Assembly: GCA_040901985.1 (NCBI GenBank)
Contig: JBBDYC010000017.1
Location: 138,130 to 202,129 of the forward strand
DNA: 64,000 nt
Direction: 5' to 3'
Origin: Gemmatimonadaceae bacterium
Lineage (GTDB): Bacteria; Gemmatimonadota; Gemmatimonadetes; Gemmatimonadales; Gemmatimonadaceae
A program made the translations under genes and the position numbers. Below, piece by piece: positions 30,244 through 39,929 of the stretch. How positions within the stretch are numbered: position 1 is the first letter of the stretch; each line of letters begins with the position of its first letter. A model generated the notes under the pieces. That model saw nothing but the letters and a program-made list of their open reading frames with translations. It searched no databases and had not been told where the DNA came from.

Positions 30244-30256
30244 AAACAACACATTA
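30244..30256 (+). promoter_or_regulatory. Candidate IHF site
   Basis: AAACAACACATTA versus WATCAANNNNTTR (one mismatch), inside an AT-rich patch between the repeat and the promoter. Confidence 0.5.
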
Positions 30257-30270
30257 GAAGCAGCGACTCG

Positions 30271-30287
30271 CTGGCACGGAACGTGAA
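30271..30287 (+). promoter_or_regulatory. Candidate sigma54 (-24/-12) promoter
   Basis: CTGGCACG matches the -24 consensus; GG-N10-GA replaces GG-N10-GC at -12. Confidence 0.6.
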
Positions 30288-30325
30288 TATAGAGGGTTCA
30301 GAACCCTCTCACGAACGAGCCGCGA

Positions 30326-31087
30326 ATGTCCGAAGCCGACCTCTTTACCCGCTGCGCCGCCGGCGACATTGACGCCCGAAATGAGCTGGTCCGGATCCAC
30401 GCCGGACTGGTGCATTTCCTGGCCCGCCGCCTCGCACGCGCCCTTGGCGACTCGGTCGAGCTCGACGAGCTCGTGAGCGCTGGACAGTTCGGCCTGATGC
30501 AGGCCGTCGAGGCGTTCGATCCGGCGCGAGGCATTGCCTTCAGCACCTTCGCCACCGCGCGGGTCCGCGGCGCCATGCTCGACGAAATGCGACGCGCCGA
30601 TCCGGTCACCCGCACCGTCCGCGCCCAGACCCGCCGGCTCCACGCGGTCCGCAGTACCCTCGGCAATCGCCTTGGCCGACGTGCCACCACACGCGAGGTC
30701 GCCGCCGAGGCGGGCGTCGAACTCCAGACCGTCTGGCAATGGGAAGCGGACGGCGAACTCCGTTCGGTGTACACGCCCGAACTGCCGTTCGACGAGGAGC
30801 CCGAGGGCCAGGGCTTCAACGACGAGGTCGGGGCGGTGATCCCCGACCTCGACTTTGAGCTCGACCGCGAGCGGGAGCGCGAGGTGCTCCGCGAAGTCAT
30901 CGCCGAGCTCGGCACCGCCGAGCAGCGCGTGCTGTCAATGTACTTCTTCGAGGAGAAGTCACTGCTCGAGATTGCGCCCCACCTTGGCGTCACCGAGTCG
31001 GGTATTTCGCGGATCCGCACCCGCGCCCTCCGTCAGCTCCGGACGCGTCTCGAGCAGCGCGGATTTGCGCGCGCCGTCGCCGCGTGA
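30326..31087 (+). CDS. RNA polymerase sigma factor, FliA/WhiG (sigma28) family
   Basis: ARNELV, ELDELVSAGQFGLMQAVEAFDP.RG..FSTFA..RVRGAMLDEMRRAD, region 4 EIAPHLGVTESGISRI. Confidence 0.9.
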   Translation: MSEADLFTRCAAGDIDARNELVRIHAGLVHFLARRLARALGDSVELDELVSAGQFGLMQAVEAFDPARGIAFSTFATARVRGAMLDEMRRADPVTRTVRAQTRRLHAVRSTLGNRLGRRATTREVAAEAGVELQTVWQWEADGELRSVYTPELPFDEEPEGQGFNDEVGAVIPDLDFELDREREREVLREVIAELGTAEQRVLSMYFFEEKSLLEIAPHLGVTESGISRIRTRALRQLRTRLEQRGFARAVAA

Positions 31088-31118
31088 AAAGCGCCTGAGC
31101 GCCGCCTTGCCGGCGCTG

Positions 31119-31778
31119 CTACGCGGCCGGAGCCCGGCTCATCCCGGGCAGCGTCAACGTGACCCGACCGACGCCGTCCGCCCCCGCCTCGGAGCCGCAG
31201 CTCCCGGACTCCAGCGCGGCAAACCGTACCAACGACTGATAGGCCGGCGACCGCTCCACCTCGCCCACCGTGATGCTCCCTTCCACGGTCGCGCTCACGC
31301 GCCGGTCGCCGCCGGTGATGGTCGCCCGCAGCTTCGTCGCCGGCGTCGCCGCGTCCGACGCGGCGACGAGCAACAGGACCATCGCGCGCAGACCGTCGGC
31401 GGGCCAGAGCATCACCGGCTCGGCGTCCGCCGCCTCCTCGCCGAGCTCCACCGACACCTGGCGCGCGTCAGAGCGGTGGTCGAGCAGCGCCGCCGCAACG
31501 CGCAGCGCATCACCCAGCCGCTCCGGCTCGCGACGCGTGATCGTCTTTGGCGTCATCCCGCGCAGCAGGTTGAGCAGCTCGCGCAGGCGATCCATTTCGC
31601 TGCGTAGCGCCTGCATTGTCTCGTCCCAGGTGGCGAGCCCCATCTCCTGCAACGACATCACGCCGTCGAGCGCCGCGACGCGGTTATTCAGGGTGTGGTG
31701 CGTCCCCCGCACGAGCATCTCGAGTGTCGGGAGCCAATCCGCGTCGGCAAACGACGACTGCGCGTGGGGCGTCGTCAT
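31119..31778 (-). CDS. Sensor-less degenerate histidine kinase / putative histidine phosphotransferase
   Basis: H-box-like LVRGTHHTLNNRV helical hairpin, followed by a HATPase-like region lacking N-box Asn and DxGxG; ATG overlaps the MTase stop. Confidence 0.6.
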   Translation of the reverse strand: MTTPHAQSSFADADWLPTLEMLVRGTHHTLNNRVAALDGVMSLQEMGLATWDETMQALRSEMDRLRELLNLLRGMTPKTITRREPERLGDALRVAAALLDHRSDARQVSVELGEEAADAEPVMLWPADGLRAMVLLLVAASDAATPATKLRATITGGDRRVSATVEGSITVGEVERSPAYQSLVRFAALESGSCGSEAGADGVGRVTLTLPGMSRAPAA

Positions 31779-32863
31779 GCGCTGCCCGCCTCGGCGCGCG
31801 ACGTCTCGGCGGGCGACGCCTCGGCCGCGGCCGCGATGGCCGCTATTCCGGCGGCGTCGGGGCCGGCGAGGAAGATCCATTCGGTATTCCCGAGCCGGCC
31901 GACCTTCCCGACGCGTTCCCCGCGCAGGTTGTGAATCCCGATCCGCGCACCGACGTAGCGCCGCGACGCCACCGGCACCGCCGCCACCTCGCCGAACCGC
32001 TCGGCCAGCAGGCCGGTGATCGCCTCGGTGGTGAAGAACCCCTCATCGGAGAACGACACGACGACGTGTCGGGCCCGGACGCCGAACACCACCTCGCGGA
32101 ACGCGGGCCAAGCCGTGCCGCGCGCATTGAAGGGGCTCTTGGTCCGGCGGCAGTCGTCGCGCTTGCGGGCAATCCCGTACGCCGTCGGCGCATCGCCGCG
32201 CACCAGCGTCTCCCAGACGTGATAGTTCGAGTAGTACGAATGCTGGTTGTACGGTGGGTCGAGGTACGCCACGTCGAACTCCTCGCCCCGGCGCACCAGG
32301 TCGAGGGCATCCTCGCGGCGCGCCGTTCCCGTGCCCGGCAGCAGCGCCGGCAGCCGCAGCGCGATGTCGCGGTGACTCCGCGGCGACCACGCCTTGAGGT
32401 ACGCCATCTGGAGTCCGGTGGTCGAGTCCACACGGTCAGCCGCCTCGAGGAGCGCGGTCAAGAGCATCGCGCGCGCTGGCCCGTTGGGCGCAATCCGGTC
32501 CAGCTCGGCGCGCATTGCGTCCACGCGCATCCCGTTCTTCGGCTGCACATAGCGTGCGTCCTCACAGAAGGTCCGGGTGAAGTACCCGCGGACGCCGGGA
32601 AGTGTGTTGAGGTGCGACACAAGCGAGCGCCACTCGCCAAGCGGCGCCGCGGCGCCATCCACGGCGATATACGTCGTCGCCAGCGCCTCGCTGTAGGTCG
32701 CGAGGTCATTGGCCGTCACCGTGAACCCGGCGGCCTTCAACCCCTGCGCCACGCGCGTCGAACCGGTGAACAGGTCGAGCACCGTACGCACACGGGGAAT
32801 CGCCGACACCAAGGCAACGAGCCGGGGGACGAGCCGCCGTTTGGACCCGATGTACTTGATCAT
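31775..32863 (-). CDS. DNA adenine methyltransferase, D12/alpha class, orphan
   Basis: KYIGSK, motif I DLFTGS, ANDL, motif IV YLDPPY, YHVWETL; no adjacent endonuclease. Confidence 0.9.
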   Translation of the reverse strand: MIKYIGSKRRLVPRLVALVSAIPRVRTVLDLFTGSTRVAQGLKAAGFTVTANDLATYSEALATTYIAVDGAAAPLGEWRSLVSHLNTLPGVRGYFTRTFCEDARYVQPKNGMRVDAMRAELDRIAPNGPARAMLLTALLEAADRVDSTTGLQMAYLKAWSPRSHRDIALRLPALLPGTGTARREDALDLVRRGEEFDVAYLDPPYNQHSYYSNYHVWETLVRGDAPTAYGIARKRDDCRRTKSPFNARGTAWPAFREVVFGVRARHVVVSFSDEGFFTTEAITGLLAERFGEVAAVPVASRRYVGARIGIHNLRGERVGKVGRLGNTEWIFLAGPDAAGIAAIAAAAEASPAETSRAEAGSA

Positions 32864-32943
32864 CGCTCCCGCCCAAGGTAGGGCGGGGTTCGTGCTCCGG
32901 CCAGCAGTTCTGTAGGTTCAGGGAGACAATTCCCGGAGTCAGC

Positions 32944-35316
32944 ATGCGGATCACCAAGGTCGGGGTCGTCGGCGCCGGTGCGATGGGGGCAGGCATCGCC
33001 GCCCTCGCCGCCTCGGCGGGCCTGCCGGTCATCCTCCTCGACATTCCCGGCAGCGACGACCCCCGCTCGGCCGACCGCTCCAAGCCCGCGCGCGATGGCC
33101 TCGACCGCGCGCGCAAGGCCAGGCCCGCCGCCTTCCTCGACCCGTCCGCGGCGGCGCGCATCACCATCGGCAACACCGCTGATGACCTAGGCCTGTTGAC
33201 CGACTGCAGCTGGATCTGCGAAGCGATCATCGAGAAGCCGCAGCCCAAGCAGGAGCTCTTCGCCAAGCTCGAGCAACTCGCCCCCGACGCCATCGTCACG
33301 TCCAACACCTCGGGGATCCCGATGGGGATCCTGCTCGAGGGGCGCAGCAAGCGCTTTCGCGAGCGGTTCCTCGGCACGCACTACTTCAATCCGCCGCGGT
33401 ATATGCATCTCCTCGAGCTCATCCCGACGGGCGAGACCTCGCCGAGCGTGCTGGAGACCATTCGTCAATTCCAGGAGCGCGTGCTCGGCAAGGGAATCGT
33501 CGTGGCGAAGGATGTGCCGGGGTTCGTCGCCAATCGCCTTGGCGTGCACGGAATGGTTGTCGCCGGGCGCCTGATGGTGGAACACGACCTGACGATTCCC
33601 GAGGTGGACACGCTCACTGGGGCGCTGATCGGCCGCGCAAAGACGGCGACCTTCCGCACCGGCGACCTCTCCGGGCTCGACGTCCTCGTGCACGTCACCG
33701 CCGGCCTCTCCACGACCACCGGCGAGGACCTCGCGCTCGTGCCGTTTGTCCACGAGCTCGTGAAGCGCGGGCACCTTGGCGACAAGACCAAGTCCGGCTT
33801 TTACAAGAAGGACGGCGAGCGCATCCTCGCACTCGACTGGAAGACACTCGAGTACCGCGAGATGGGGCGATTCTCCACGCCGGAGATTGACGCGCTCGGG
33901 AAGCTTGGGGCGGCGGCGCGCATCGCCAAGGCCAAGGAGCTGTCCGGCAAGCACGGCACCTTTCTCCGCGCGTTGCTCGTCGAGCAGTGCCACTATTGCT
34001 GCGAGCTCGCGCCCTCGCTGGCGTTCGACATCGCGGCCGTGGACCGGGCGATGGAGTGGGGCTACGGATGGGAGCTCGGCCCCTTCCGGGCGATGGACGC
34101 GCTCGGACTCGATTGGCTGCGTGACGCCTTCACCAAGGCCGGCAAGGAGATCCCGCCGCTGCTCGCTCGCGCCGGCCGGGCATTCTATCGCCACGACCCC
34201 GCGGGCGAGCGCGTGCTGCTGCTCGACTCCTCCCAGGCGCCGCGTCGGCGCGTGTCGGACCCGACGGCCGCCCCAGAGGGACCTTGGGCGCCGGTGCCGC
34301 CCGTGCCCGGGCGAATCGAGCTCGCCACGTTCCGCTCGCAGGGGATGATTGTGCGCGAGAACACCGAGGCCCGCCTGGTGGACCTCGGCGACGGCGTGCT
34401 CTGCCTCGAGTTCTGCGGCAAGATGAACACCCTTGGTCCCGGCGTGATGGACCTGACCGCCGAGGCGATTGACCTCGTCCTGCGCGACCGGATGGCCGGG
34501 CTCGTGGTGGGGAACGACGACCCGCGCACCTTCACCGCCGGCGCCAACCTCGCGGGCATCGGCCAGCTCGTGCAGGGCGGTGACTGGAAGTCGCTCGAGC
34601 AGATCACCAAGCGCTTCCAGGACACCGTGATGTCGTTCCGCTTCGCGCCCTTTCCGGTCGTCGCGGCCCCGTTCGGCCTCACGCTTGGCGGCGGGTGTGA
34701 GATCTCACTCCACTGCGATCGCATCCAGGCCCACGCCGAGCTGTATATGGGATTGGTGGAGGTCGGCGTGGGGCTCGTCCCCGGCGGCGGCGGGACCAAG
34801 GAACTCGCCTTCCGGTTCACCAACGCGCTCGCGGCGTACGAGGGAGCCGATCCGTTCGAGGGAGTGAAGCGGGCGTTCAAGTTGATTGCGCTCGCGCAGA
34901 CGAGCACCTCAGCGCACGAGGCGCGCGCGATGGGACTGCTGCGCCCGGTGGCCGACCGCATCTCGATGAACCGCGACGTCCTCCTCGCCGACGCCAAGGC
35001 GCGGGTGCTCGACCTCGCGCCGGACTATGTGGCGCCGCTGCCGCGTCGGATGACCGCGCTCGGCCGGGCCGGCGTCGCGAACCTCGACTACGCGCTCTTT
35101 GCGTTCCAGGAGGCGGGCCAGGCCTCGGCGCACGACCGCCGCATCGGTAACGAAGTGGCGCTGATTCTCTGCGGCGGCGACGGTCCGCCGCGCGAGGTCA
35201 CGGAGCAGGACCTGCTTGACCTGGAGCGCGACGCCTTTCTCCGGTTGCTCGGCACCAAGGAGACGCAGGCGCGGATCGCGCATATGCTCGGCACCGGCAA
35301 GCCGCTCCGCAACTGA
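32944..35316 (+). CDS. 3-hydroxyacyl-CoA dehydrogenase / enoyl-CoA hydratase, FadN-like
   Basis: [26 protein letters not shown]; crotonase [20 protein letters not shown]. Confidence 0.93.
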   Translation: MRITKVGVVGAGAMGAGIAALAASAGLPVILLDIPGSDDPRSADRSKPARDGLDRARKARPAAFLDPSAAARITIGNTADDLGLLTDCSWICEAIIEKPQPKQELFAKLEQLAPDAIVTSNTSGIPMGILLEGRSKRFRERFLGTHYFNPPRYMHLLELIPTGETSPSVLETIRQFQERVLGKGIVVAKDVPGFVANRLGVHGMVVAGRLMVEHDLTIPEVDTLTGALIGRAKTATFRTGDLSGLDVLVHVTAGLSTTTGEDLALVPFVHELVKRGHLGDKTKSGFYKKDGERILALDWKTLEYREMGRFSTPEIDALGKLGAAARIAKAKELSGKHGTFLRALLVEQCHYCCELAPSLAFDIAAVDRAMEWGYGWELGPFRAMDALGLDWLRDAFTKAGKEIPPLLARAGRAFYRHDPAGERVLLLDSSQAPRRRVSDPTAAPEGPWAPVPPVPGRIELATFRSQGMIVRENTEARLVDLGDGVLCLEFCGKMNTLGPGVMDLTAEAIDLVLRDRMAGLVVGNDDPRTFTAGANLAGIGQLVQGGDWKSLEQITKRFQDTVMSFRFAPFPVVAAPFGLTLGGGCEISLHCDRIQAHAELYMGLVEVGVGLVPGGGGTKELAFRFTNALAAYEGADPFEGVKRAFKLIALAQTSTSAHEARAMGLLRPVADRISMNRDVLLADAKARVLDLAPDYVAPLPRRMTALGRAGVANLDYALFAFQEAGQASAHDRRIGNEVALILCGGDGPPREVTEQDLLDLERDAFLRLLGTKETQARIAHMLGTGKPLRN

Positions 35317-35333
35317 CTTCACTGGATATCCAT

Positions 35334-36614
35334 ATGCCCAAGGCAAAGGCAAGCACGAAGGCAAAGACCAAGGCCAGCGCGAAGGCGAGCGCGAAGGCGA
35401 GCGCGAAGGCCAGCGCGAAGGCGAGCGCGAAGGCCAGCGTCGGCGCGCGCGACGAGGTCGTGATCGTCAGCGCGGCACGCAGCGCGGTCGGGCGCGGCAA
35501 GAAGGACGGCGCCCTCGCCTCGGTGCATCCGGTGGAACTCTCGGCGATCGTGATGCGCGCCGTCGCCGACCGTGTGGGGTTCGACGCGGCAATGATTGAC
35601 GACGTGATCTGGGGCTGCGCGATGCCCGAGGCGGGCCAGGGACTCAACACCGCGCGCCTCGCGATGCTGCGCGCGGGCTTCCCGGTGGACGTCTCGGCGA
35701 TGACGGTGAATCGCTTTTGCTCGAGCGGACTCCAGACCATCGCACTCGGCGCGCAGGCGATCCTCAGCGGTATGAACGACGTGATCCTCGCCGGCGGCGT
35801 GGAGATGATGAGCGCCGTCCCGATGTCGGGTTATCACACGCGGCTGCATCCTGACATCACCGAAGCCAACATCGGGATGGGGTTCACGGCCGAGCGTGTG
35901 GCCGGGCGCTGGGGGATCACGCGGGAGATGCAGGACGCCTTTGCGTTGGGGTCGCAGCAGAAGGCCGCCGCGGCACAGGCGGCGGGCGCATTTGCCGGGG
36001 AGATCGTGCCGGTGCCGGTGGAGCGCGCCACCTGGAAGGGCGCCAAGAAGACCAGCGAGACCGTTCGGTTTGCCGCCGACGAGATGGTCCGCGCCGGCAC
36101 GACGATGGAGGGACTCGCCAAGCTGCCGCCGGCGTTCAAGCCGAAGGGCACCGTGACTGCGGGCAACTCGTCGCCGCTCTCCGACGGCGCGGCGGGCGTT
36201 CTATTGATGCGGGCATCCAGGGCCAAGGCACTCGGTCTCAAGCCCCTCGCGCGGTTTGTGCACTTCGCCACCGCTGGCGTCGAGCCCGACGTGATGGGGA
36301 TCGGGCCGGTGAAAGCCGTGCCGAAGGTGCTTTCGCGGGCTGGACTCAAGCTCACGGACATCAAGCTGATCGAGTTCAACGAGGCCTTCGCCGCGCAGGC
36401 GCTCGCGGTCATCAAGGACCTCGAGATGGACACCAGCATCACGAACGTGAACGGCGGCGCGATTGCCCTCGGTCACCCGCTCGGCGCCACCGGCGCCAAG
36501 CTCACCGTCCAGCTCATCCACGAACTCGGCCGGCGGGGCGGCGGACTCGGACTGGTGACGATGTGCATCGGCGGCGGGATGGGGGCGGCGGGGATCTTCG
36601 AGGTCTTCAGCTGA
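35334..36614 (+). CDS. fadA: Acetyl-CoA C-acyltransferase (thiolase) with Lys/Ala/Ser repeat extension
   Basis: [34 protein letters not shown]. Confidence 0.93.
   Translation: MPKAKASTKAKTKASAKASAKASAKASAKASAKASVGARDEVVIVSAARSAVGRGKKDGALASVHPVELSAIVMRAVADRVGFDAAMIDDVIWGCAMPEAGQGLNTARLAMLRAGFPVDVSAMTVNRFCSSGLQTIALGAQAILSGMNDVILAGGVEMMSAVPMSGYHTRLHPDITEANIGMGFTAERVAGRWGITREMQDAFALGSQQKAAAAQAAGAFAGEIVPVPVERATWKGAKKTSETVRFAADEMVRAGTTMEGLAKLPPAFKPKGTVTAGNSSPLSDGAAGVLLMRASRAKALGLKPLARFVHFATAGVEPDVMGIGPVKAVPKVLSRAGLKLTDIKLIEFNEAFAAQALAVIKDLEMDTSITNVNGGAIALGHPLGATGAKLTVQLIHELGRRGGGLGLVTMCIGGGMGAAGIFEVFS
35336..35439 (+). repeat. 12-bp coding tandem repeat encoding (AKAS)n
   Basis: GCGAAGGCGAGC / GCGAAGGCCAGC units in series at the thiolase 5' end. 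Confidence 0.85.
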
Positions 36615-36987
36615 TCGGCCGCTCCTCGGCGATCCCGATCAGGTTGCGCTCGGGGTCCCGGCAGAAGCAGATCCAGATCTCGTGCGTCGCCGTCTTGCCG
36701 ACCAGGTGCGGCTCGTCGTCAAACGGCACGCCGCGCGCCTTGAGCGCCTCGTAGGCCTTCCGGCAGTCCGGCACGTCGAAGTAGAGGATCGAGTTCGCGT
36801 GGTCGAACTCGGCGTGGCTTGGCGGCGAGAGCATCAATCGGACGCCGCCCGCGTCGAAGAAGGCGAGCCCGTTCGTCTCGAACTGGAGCGGGAGACCGAG
36901 CCCGTCGCGATAAAAGGGGACCGCCTTTGGCACGTCGTGCTGCACCAGCGCGATCTGCTGCACCTTGCCCAGCCGGAACCCGTCCAT
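36607..36987 (-). CDS. VOC/glyoxalase family protein
   Basis: [34 protein letters not shown]. Confidence 0.88.
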   Translation of the reverse strand: MDGFRLGKVQQIALVQHDVPKAVPFYRDGLGLPLQFETNGLAFFDAGGVRLMLSPPSHAEFDHANSILYFDVPDCRKAYEALKARGVPFDDEPHLVGKTATHEIWICFCRDPERNLIGIAEERPIS

Positions 36988-37045
36988 CCCTCCTCCTGCG
37001 TGGTCGGCGCCTGACGGGACGGCGGTCGCCGGCCTTGCCAAGTCG

Positions 37046-37058
37046 TTAGCATTGCTAA
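37046..37058. promoter_or_regulatory. Probable MarR operator
   Basis: TTAGCA-T-TGCTAA dyad in an AT-rich gap between divergent VOC and MarR genes. Confidence 0.65.
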
Positions 37059-37069
37059 ATATTAGGCGG

Positions 37070-37624
37070 GTGCCGCCCAGGATCGCAAGCCCGCCTCATT
37101 CGTCTCACCCGCCTCGAGCGCCCGACCCCCTCGCCGAGCCGCTGCACCGCCACGCGCTGCACCTGCTGCGACGGCTGCGCCTCGAGGATGCGGCGAGCGG
37201 GCTGAGCGCGGCACGGCTCTCGGCCCTCTCGGTCCTCGTTTTCGGCGGTCCGACGACGCTCGGTGCGCTCGCTGCCGCCGAGCAGGTCAGCGCGCCGACG
37301 ATGACCCGCATCATCCAGGAGCTGGAGCGCGACGGGTGGGTGCGCCGGCGGCAGGACGCCGCCGACGCGCGCGTCTCGCGGCTCGAGGCCACGGCGGCGG
37401 CGGTGCGGCTCCTTCACGACGGCCGGAATCGCCGGCTGGGTGCCCTCTCGCGCGGCCTTGCGCGGCTTGAGCCGGACGAGCGCCGCGCGGTTGCGTTGGC
37501 GCTCCCCGCGCTCGGCCGGGTCGTCGAGGCGCTCCGGTCCACGGGCTCGACGGCGGGACACCAGCCGGGACACGGCGAGCGGCACAAGCGGCGCGGCCGA
37601 CTCGGGCGGCGACGGCACGACTGA
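37070..37624 (+). CDS. MarR family regulator
   Basis: LSAARLSALSVL, LAAAEQVSAPTMTRII.ELERDG, DAR; GTG start inferred. Confidence 0.88.
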   Translation: MPPRIASPPHSSHPPRAPDPLAEPLHRHALHLLRRLRLEDAASGLSAARLSALSVLVFGGPTTLGALAAAEQVSAPTMTRIIQELERDGWVRRRQDAADARVSRLEATAAAVRLLHDGRNRRLGALSRGLARLEPDERRAVALALPALGRVVEALRSTGSTAGHQPGHGERHKRRGRLGRRRHD

Positions 37625-37632
37625 GTCGCAGG

Positions 37633-38679
37633 CTACCCGCGTGCGACTACGGCTCCGCCCATTTCGCCTAGCAATCGCACCGCATCGCCGAGCCGCGCGA
37701 AGCGCTCGTCGTTGGTGAGCCCCTTCCGGTAGCGCGCAAAGATCTGCTGGGCGATCACCGCGATCTTGAACAGTCCAAACGCGTGGTAGAATGTGGCTGG
37801 CCTCGCACCGCGGCCGCTTTTCTGCAGGTAGCGCTCCCAGAGCTCGGCCCGCGTGAGGTTTCCCGGCAGTGCGGTGATCCCGAGGCCGAGCGAGCGGAAC
37901 GCCGGATGATCCCCTGCCTCCACCCAGTAGCCAAGCGTCGTGCCCACGTCGAGCAGCGGATCGCCAAGCGTCGCCATCTCCCAATCGAGCACGGCGACGA
38001 TCCGCCCGGGCGACTTCGCGTCGAGGACGAGATTGTCGAACTTGTAGTCGTTGTGGACCAGGCAGGCGCCCGACTCCCCCGGCTGGTGCTCGGCGAGCCA
38101 CGCCGCCAACTGCTCCACCGCAGGTACGTCGTCCGTTCGGGACGATGCCCAGCGCTTCGTCCACCCCTCGACCTGCCTCCCAACGTATCCCTGCGGCCTG
38201 CCGAGTCCGCCGATCACCGGGTCGGAAGGTGTGGCGCCGTGGATTGCGACCAGTGTGTCGAGGAACGATCCGCAGAGCTTCGCAAAGGCCGCGGCATCGT
38301 AACCGGCCGGCGCTGCGGCCCCGCGCAGGATCACCCCGCGCACCCGCTCCATTATGTAGAAGGGCACGCCGATGACATCGGCGTGCTCGCAGGTGGCAAT
38401 CGCGCGCGGCGCCGGGATGTGTCGCAGCTCCAGCACCGAGAGGATCCGCGCCTCACGCGGCATGTCGTGCGCACTCCCCGGCTTCACCCCCGCCGGCGGC
38501 CGCCGCAGCACGAACTCACCGGCCGTCGTGCGCAACAGGTACGTGAGATTCGAGAATCCACCGGGAAACTGCTCGACCGCTGTGACCGCCCCAACCGCCG
38601 GCGCCGCCTCGCGCAGCCAAGCATTCAGCGCCCCGAGCGGCAGCTCCTCCCCAGCACGCACAGGATTGGTCTCGCTCAC
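37633..38679 (-). CDS. Phosphotransferase family protein (APH-like, acyl-CoA dehydrogenase associated)
   Basis: GGFSNLTY, LRRPP, AHDM.RE, HNDYKFDN, LDWEMATLGDP; start approximate. Confidence 0.9.
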   Translation of the reverse strand: MSETNPVRAGEELPLGALNAWLREAAPAVGAVTAVEQFPGGFSNLTYLLRTTAGEFVLRRPPAGVKPGSAHDMPREARILSVLELRHIPAPRAIATCEHADVIGVPFYIMERVRGVILRGAAAPAGYDAAAFAKLCGSFLDTLVAIHGATPSDPVIGGLGRPQGYVGRQVEGWTKRWASSRTDDVPAVEQLAAWLAEHQPGESGACLVHNDYKFDNLVLDAKSPGRIVAVLDWEMATLGDPLLDVGTTLGYWVEAGDHPAFRSLGLGITALPGNLTRAELWERYLQKSGRGARPATFYHAFGLFKIAVIAQQIFARYRKGLTNDERFARLGDAVRLLGEMGGAVVARG

Positions 38680-38710
38680 GTGGTGCCTTTCCCCTTTGAC
38701 ATCTCCACTT

Positions 38711-39916
38711 TCATCTGTCGTTCCGCACCATCCCTGCCCCCTCGAGAATCCGCCGTGCCACCGCGCTCTTGTGCACCTCGTCGGGCCCGTCGTAGATCCG
38801 CGCGCCGCGCTCGTGGCGGTACCAGTACGCAAGCGGAGTCTCGTCCGTCATCCCCATCGCACCGTGTACCTGGATCGCCCGGTCGAGCACGCGCTGCAGC
38901 ACGCCGGCGACGTGGAACTTGATCAGCGAGATCCCGTCGCGGGCCGCCGATGCGCCGTCGCGTTCGATCCGCTCCGCCACGTCGAGCACCAGCAGCCGCG
39001 CCGCATCCATCTCGGCGCGGCACTCGGCGATCCAATGCTGCACTGCCTGTTGCTGGCCGAGCACTTCGCCCGGTGCGAGCTCCCGCGTCGCCGCGCGCGC
39101 CACCATCAGGCGAAACGCGCGCTCCGAGATCCCGAGCCAGCGCATGCAGTGGTGGATCCGTCCCGGACCCAGTCGCTCCTGCGCGAGCGCAAACCCCGCG
39201 CCTTCGTCGCCGATCCGGTTCGCAATCGGGACGCGCACCCTCTCGAAGGTCAGCTCCGCGTGGCTGGCGTAGTCGCTCCCCGCGTCGCCCATCACCGGGA
39301 TGTTGCGCACCAGCGTCAGGCCCGCCGCGTTCAGCGGCACGATGATCTGGCTCGCCCGCTTGTGGGGCGGCGCCGCGGCGTCGGTCACCGCCATCACGAT
39401 CGTGAATGCCGCGCCCTCGGCCGACGACGTGAACCACTTGTGGCCGGTGATCACGTAGTCGTTGCCGTCGCGCACTGCTGTCGTGTCCATCCAGACCGGA
39501 TTCGACCCCGCGTGCTCGGGTTCCGTCATCGCGAAGCAACTGCGGATATCACCGCGCGCCAACGGCTCAAACCACTCCTTGCGCTGCGCCGCCGAGCCGT
39601 GCGAGAGCAACAGCTCCTGATTCCCGATGTCAGGCGCCTGACAATTGAAGAGGTAGTGCCCGGTCGGCGTCTCGCCGAGTACTGCGCTGACCTCGGCGAA
39701 CTCGGGGAGCGTGAGTCCGAGTCCGCCGTGCGCCTTCGGGAGATGCGGCGCCCAGAACCCGGCGCGTTTCACCTTCGCGCGCAACTCGGTGAGCTTCGGC
39801 AGCATCTCGCGGAAGCTGCGCGCAAAAAACTCCTGTTCGAGCGGGACCGCGTGCGTCTCGACGAAGGCGCGGATCCGTCGTAGCAGTTCCGTGTGTTTCT
39901 CGGACGCGCTCATCAT
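38711..39916 (-). CDS. Acyl-CoA dehydrogenase, ACAD10/11-like
   Basis: FNCQAPDIGN, FAMTEP, GHKWFTS, RLGPGRIHHCMR, RIYDGPDEVH. Confidence 0.93.
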   Translation of the reverse strand: MMSASEKHTELLRRIRAFVETHAVPLEQEFFARSFREMLPKLTELRAKVKRAGFWAPHLPKAHGGLGLTLPEFAEVSAVLGETPTGHYLFNCQAPDIGNQELLLSHGSAAQRKEWFEPLARGDIRSCFAMTEPEHAGSNPVWMDTTAVRDGNDYVITGHKWFTSSAEGAAFTIVMAVTDAAAPPHKRASQIIVPLNAAGLTLVRNIPVMGDAGSDYASHAELTFERVRVPIANRIGDEGAGFALAQERLGPGRIHHCMRWLGISERAFRLMVARAATRELAPGEVLGQQQAVQHWIAECRAEMDAARLLVLDVAERIERDGASAARDGISLIKFHVAGVLQRVLDRAIQVHGAMGMTDETPLAYWYRHERGARIYDGPDEVHKSAVARRILEGAGMVRNDR

Positions 39917-39929
39917 CGCTCGCGCCGGT

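Noticed and set aside
30326..31087. Assigning the symbol fliA
   Set aside because: Family is clear, but without flagellar context orthology cannot be shown.
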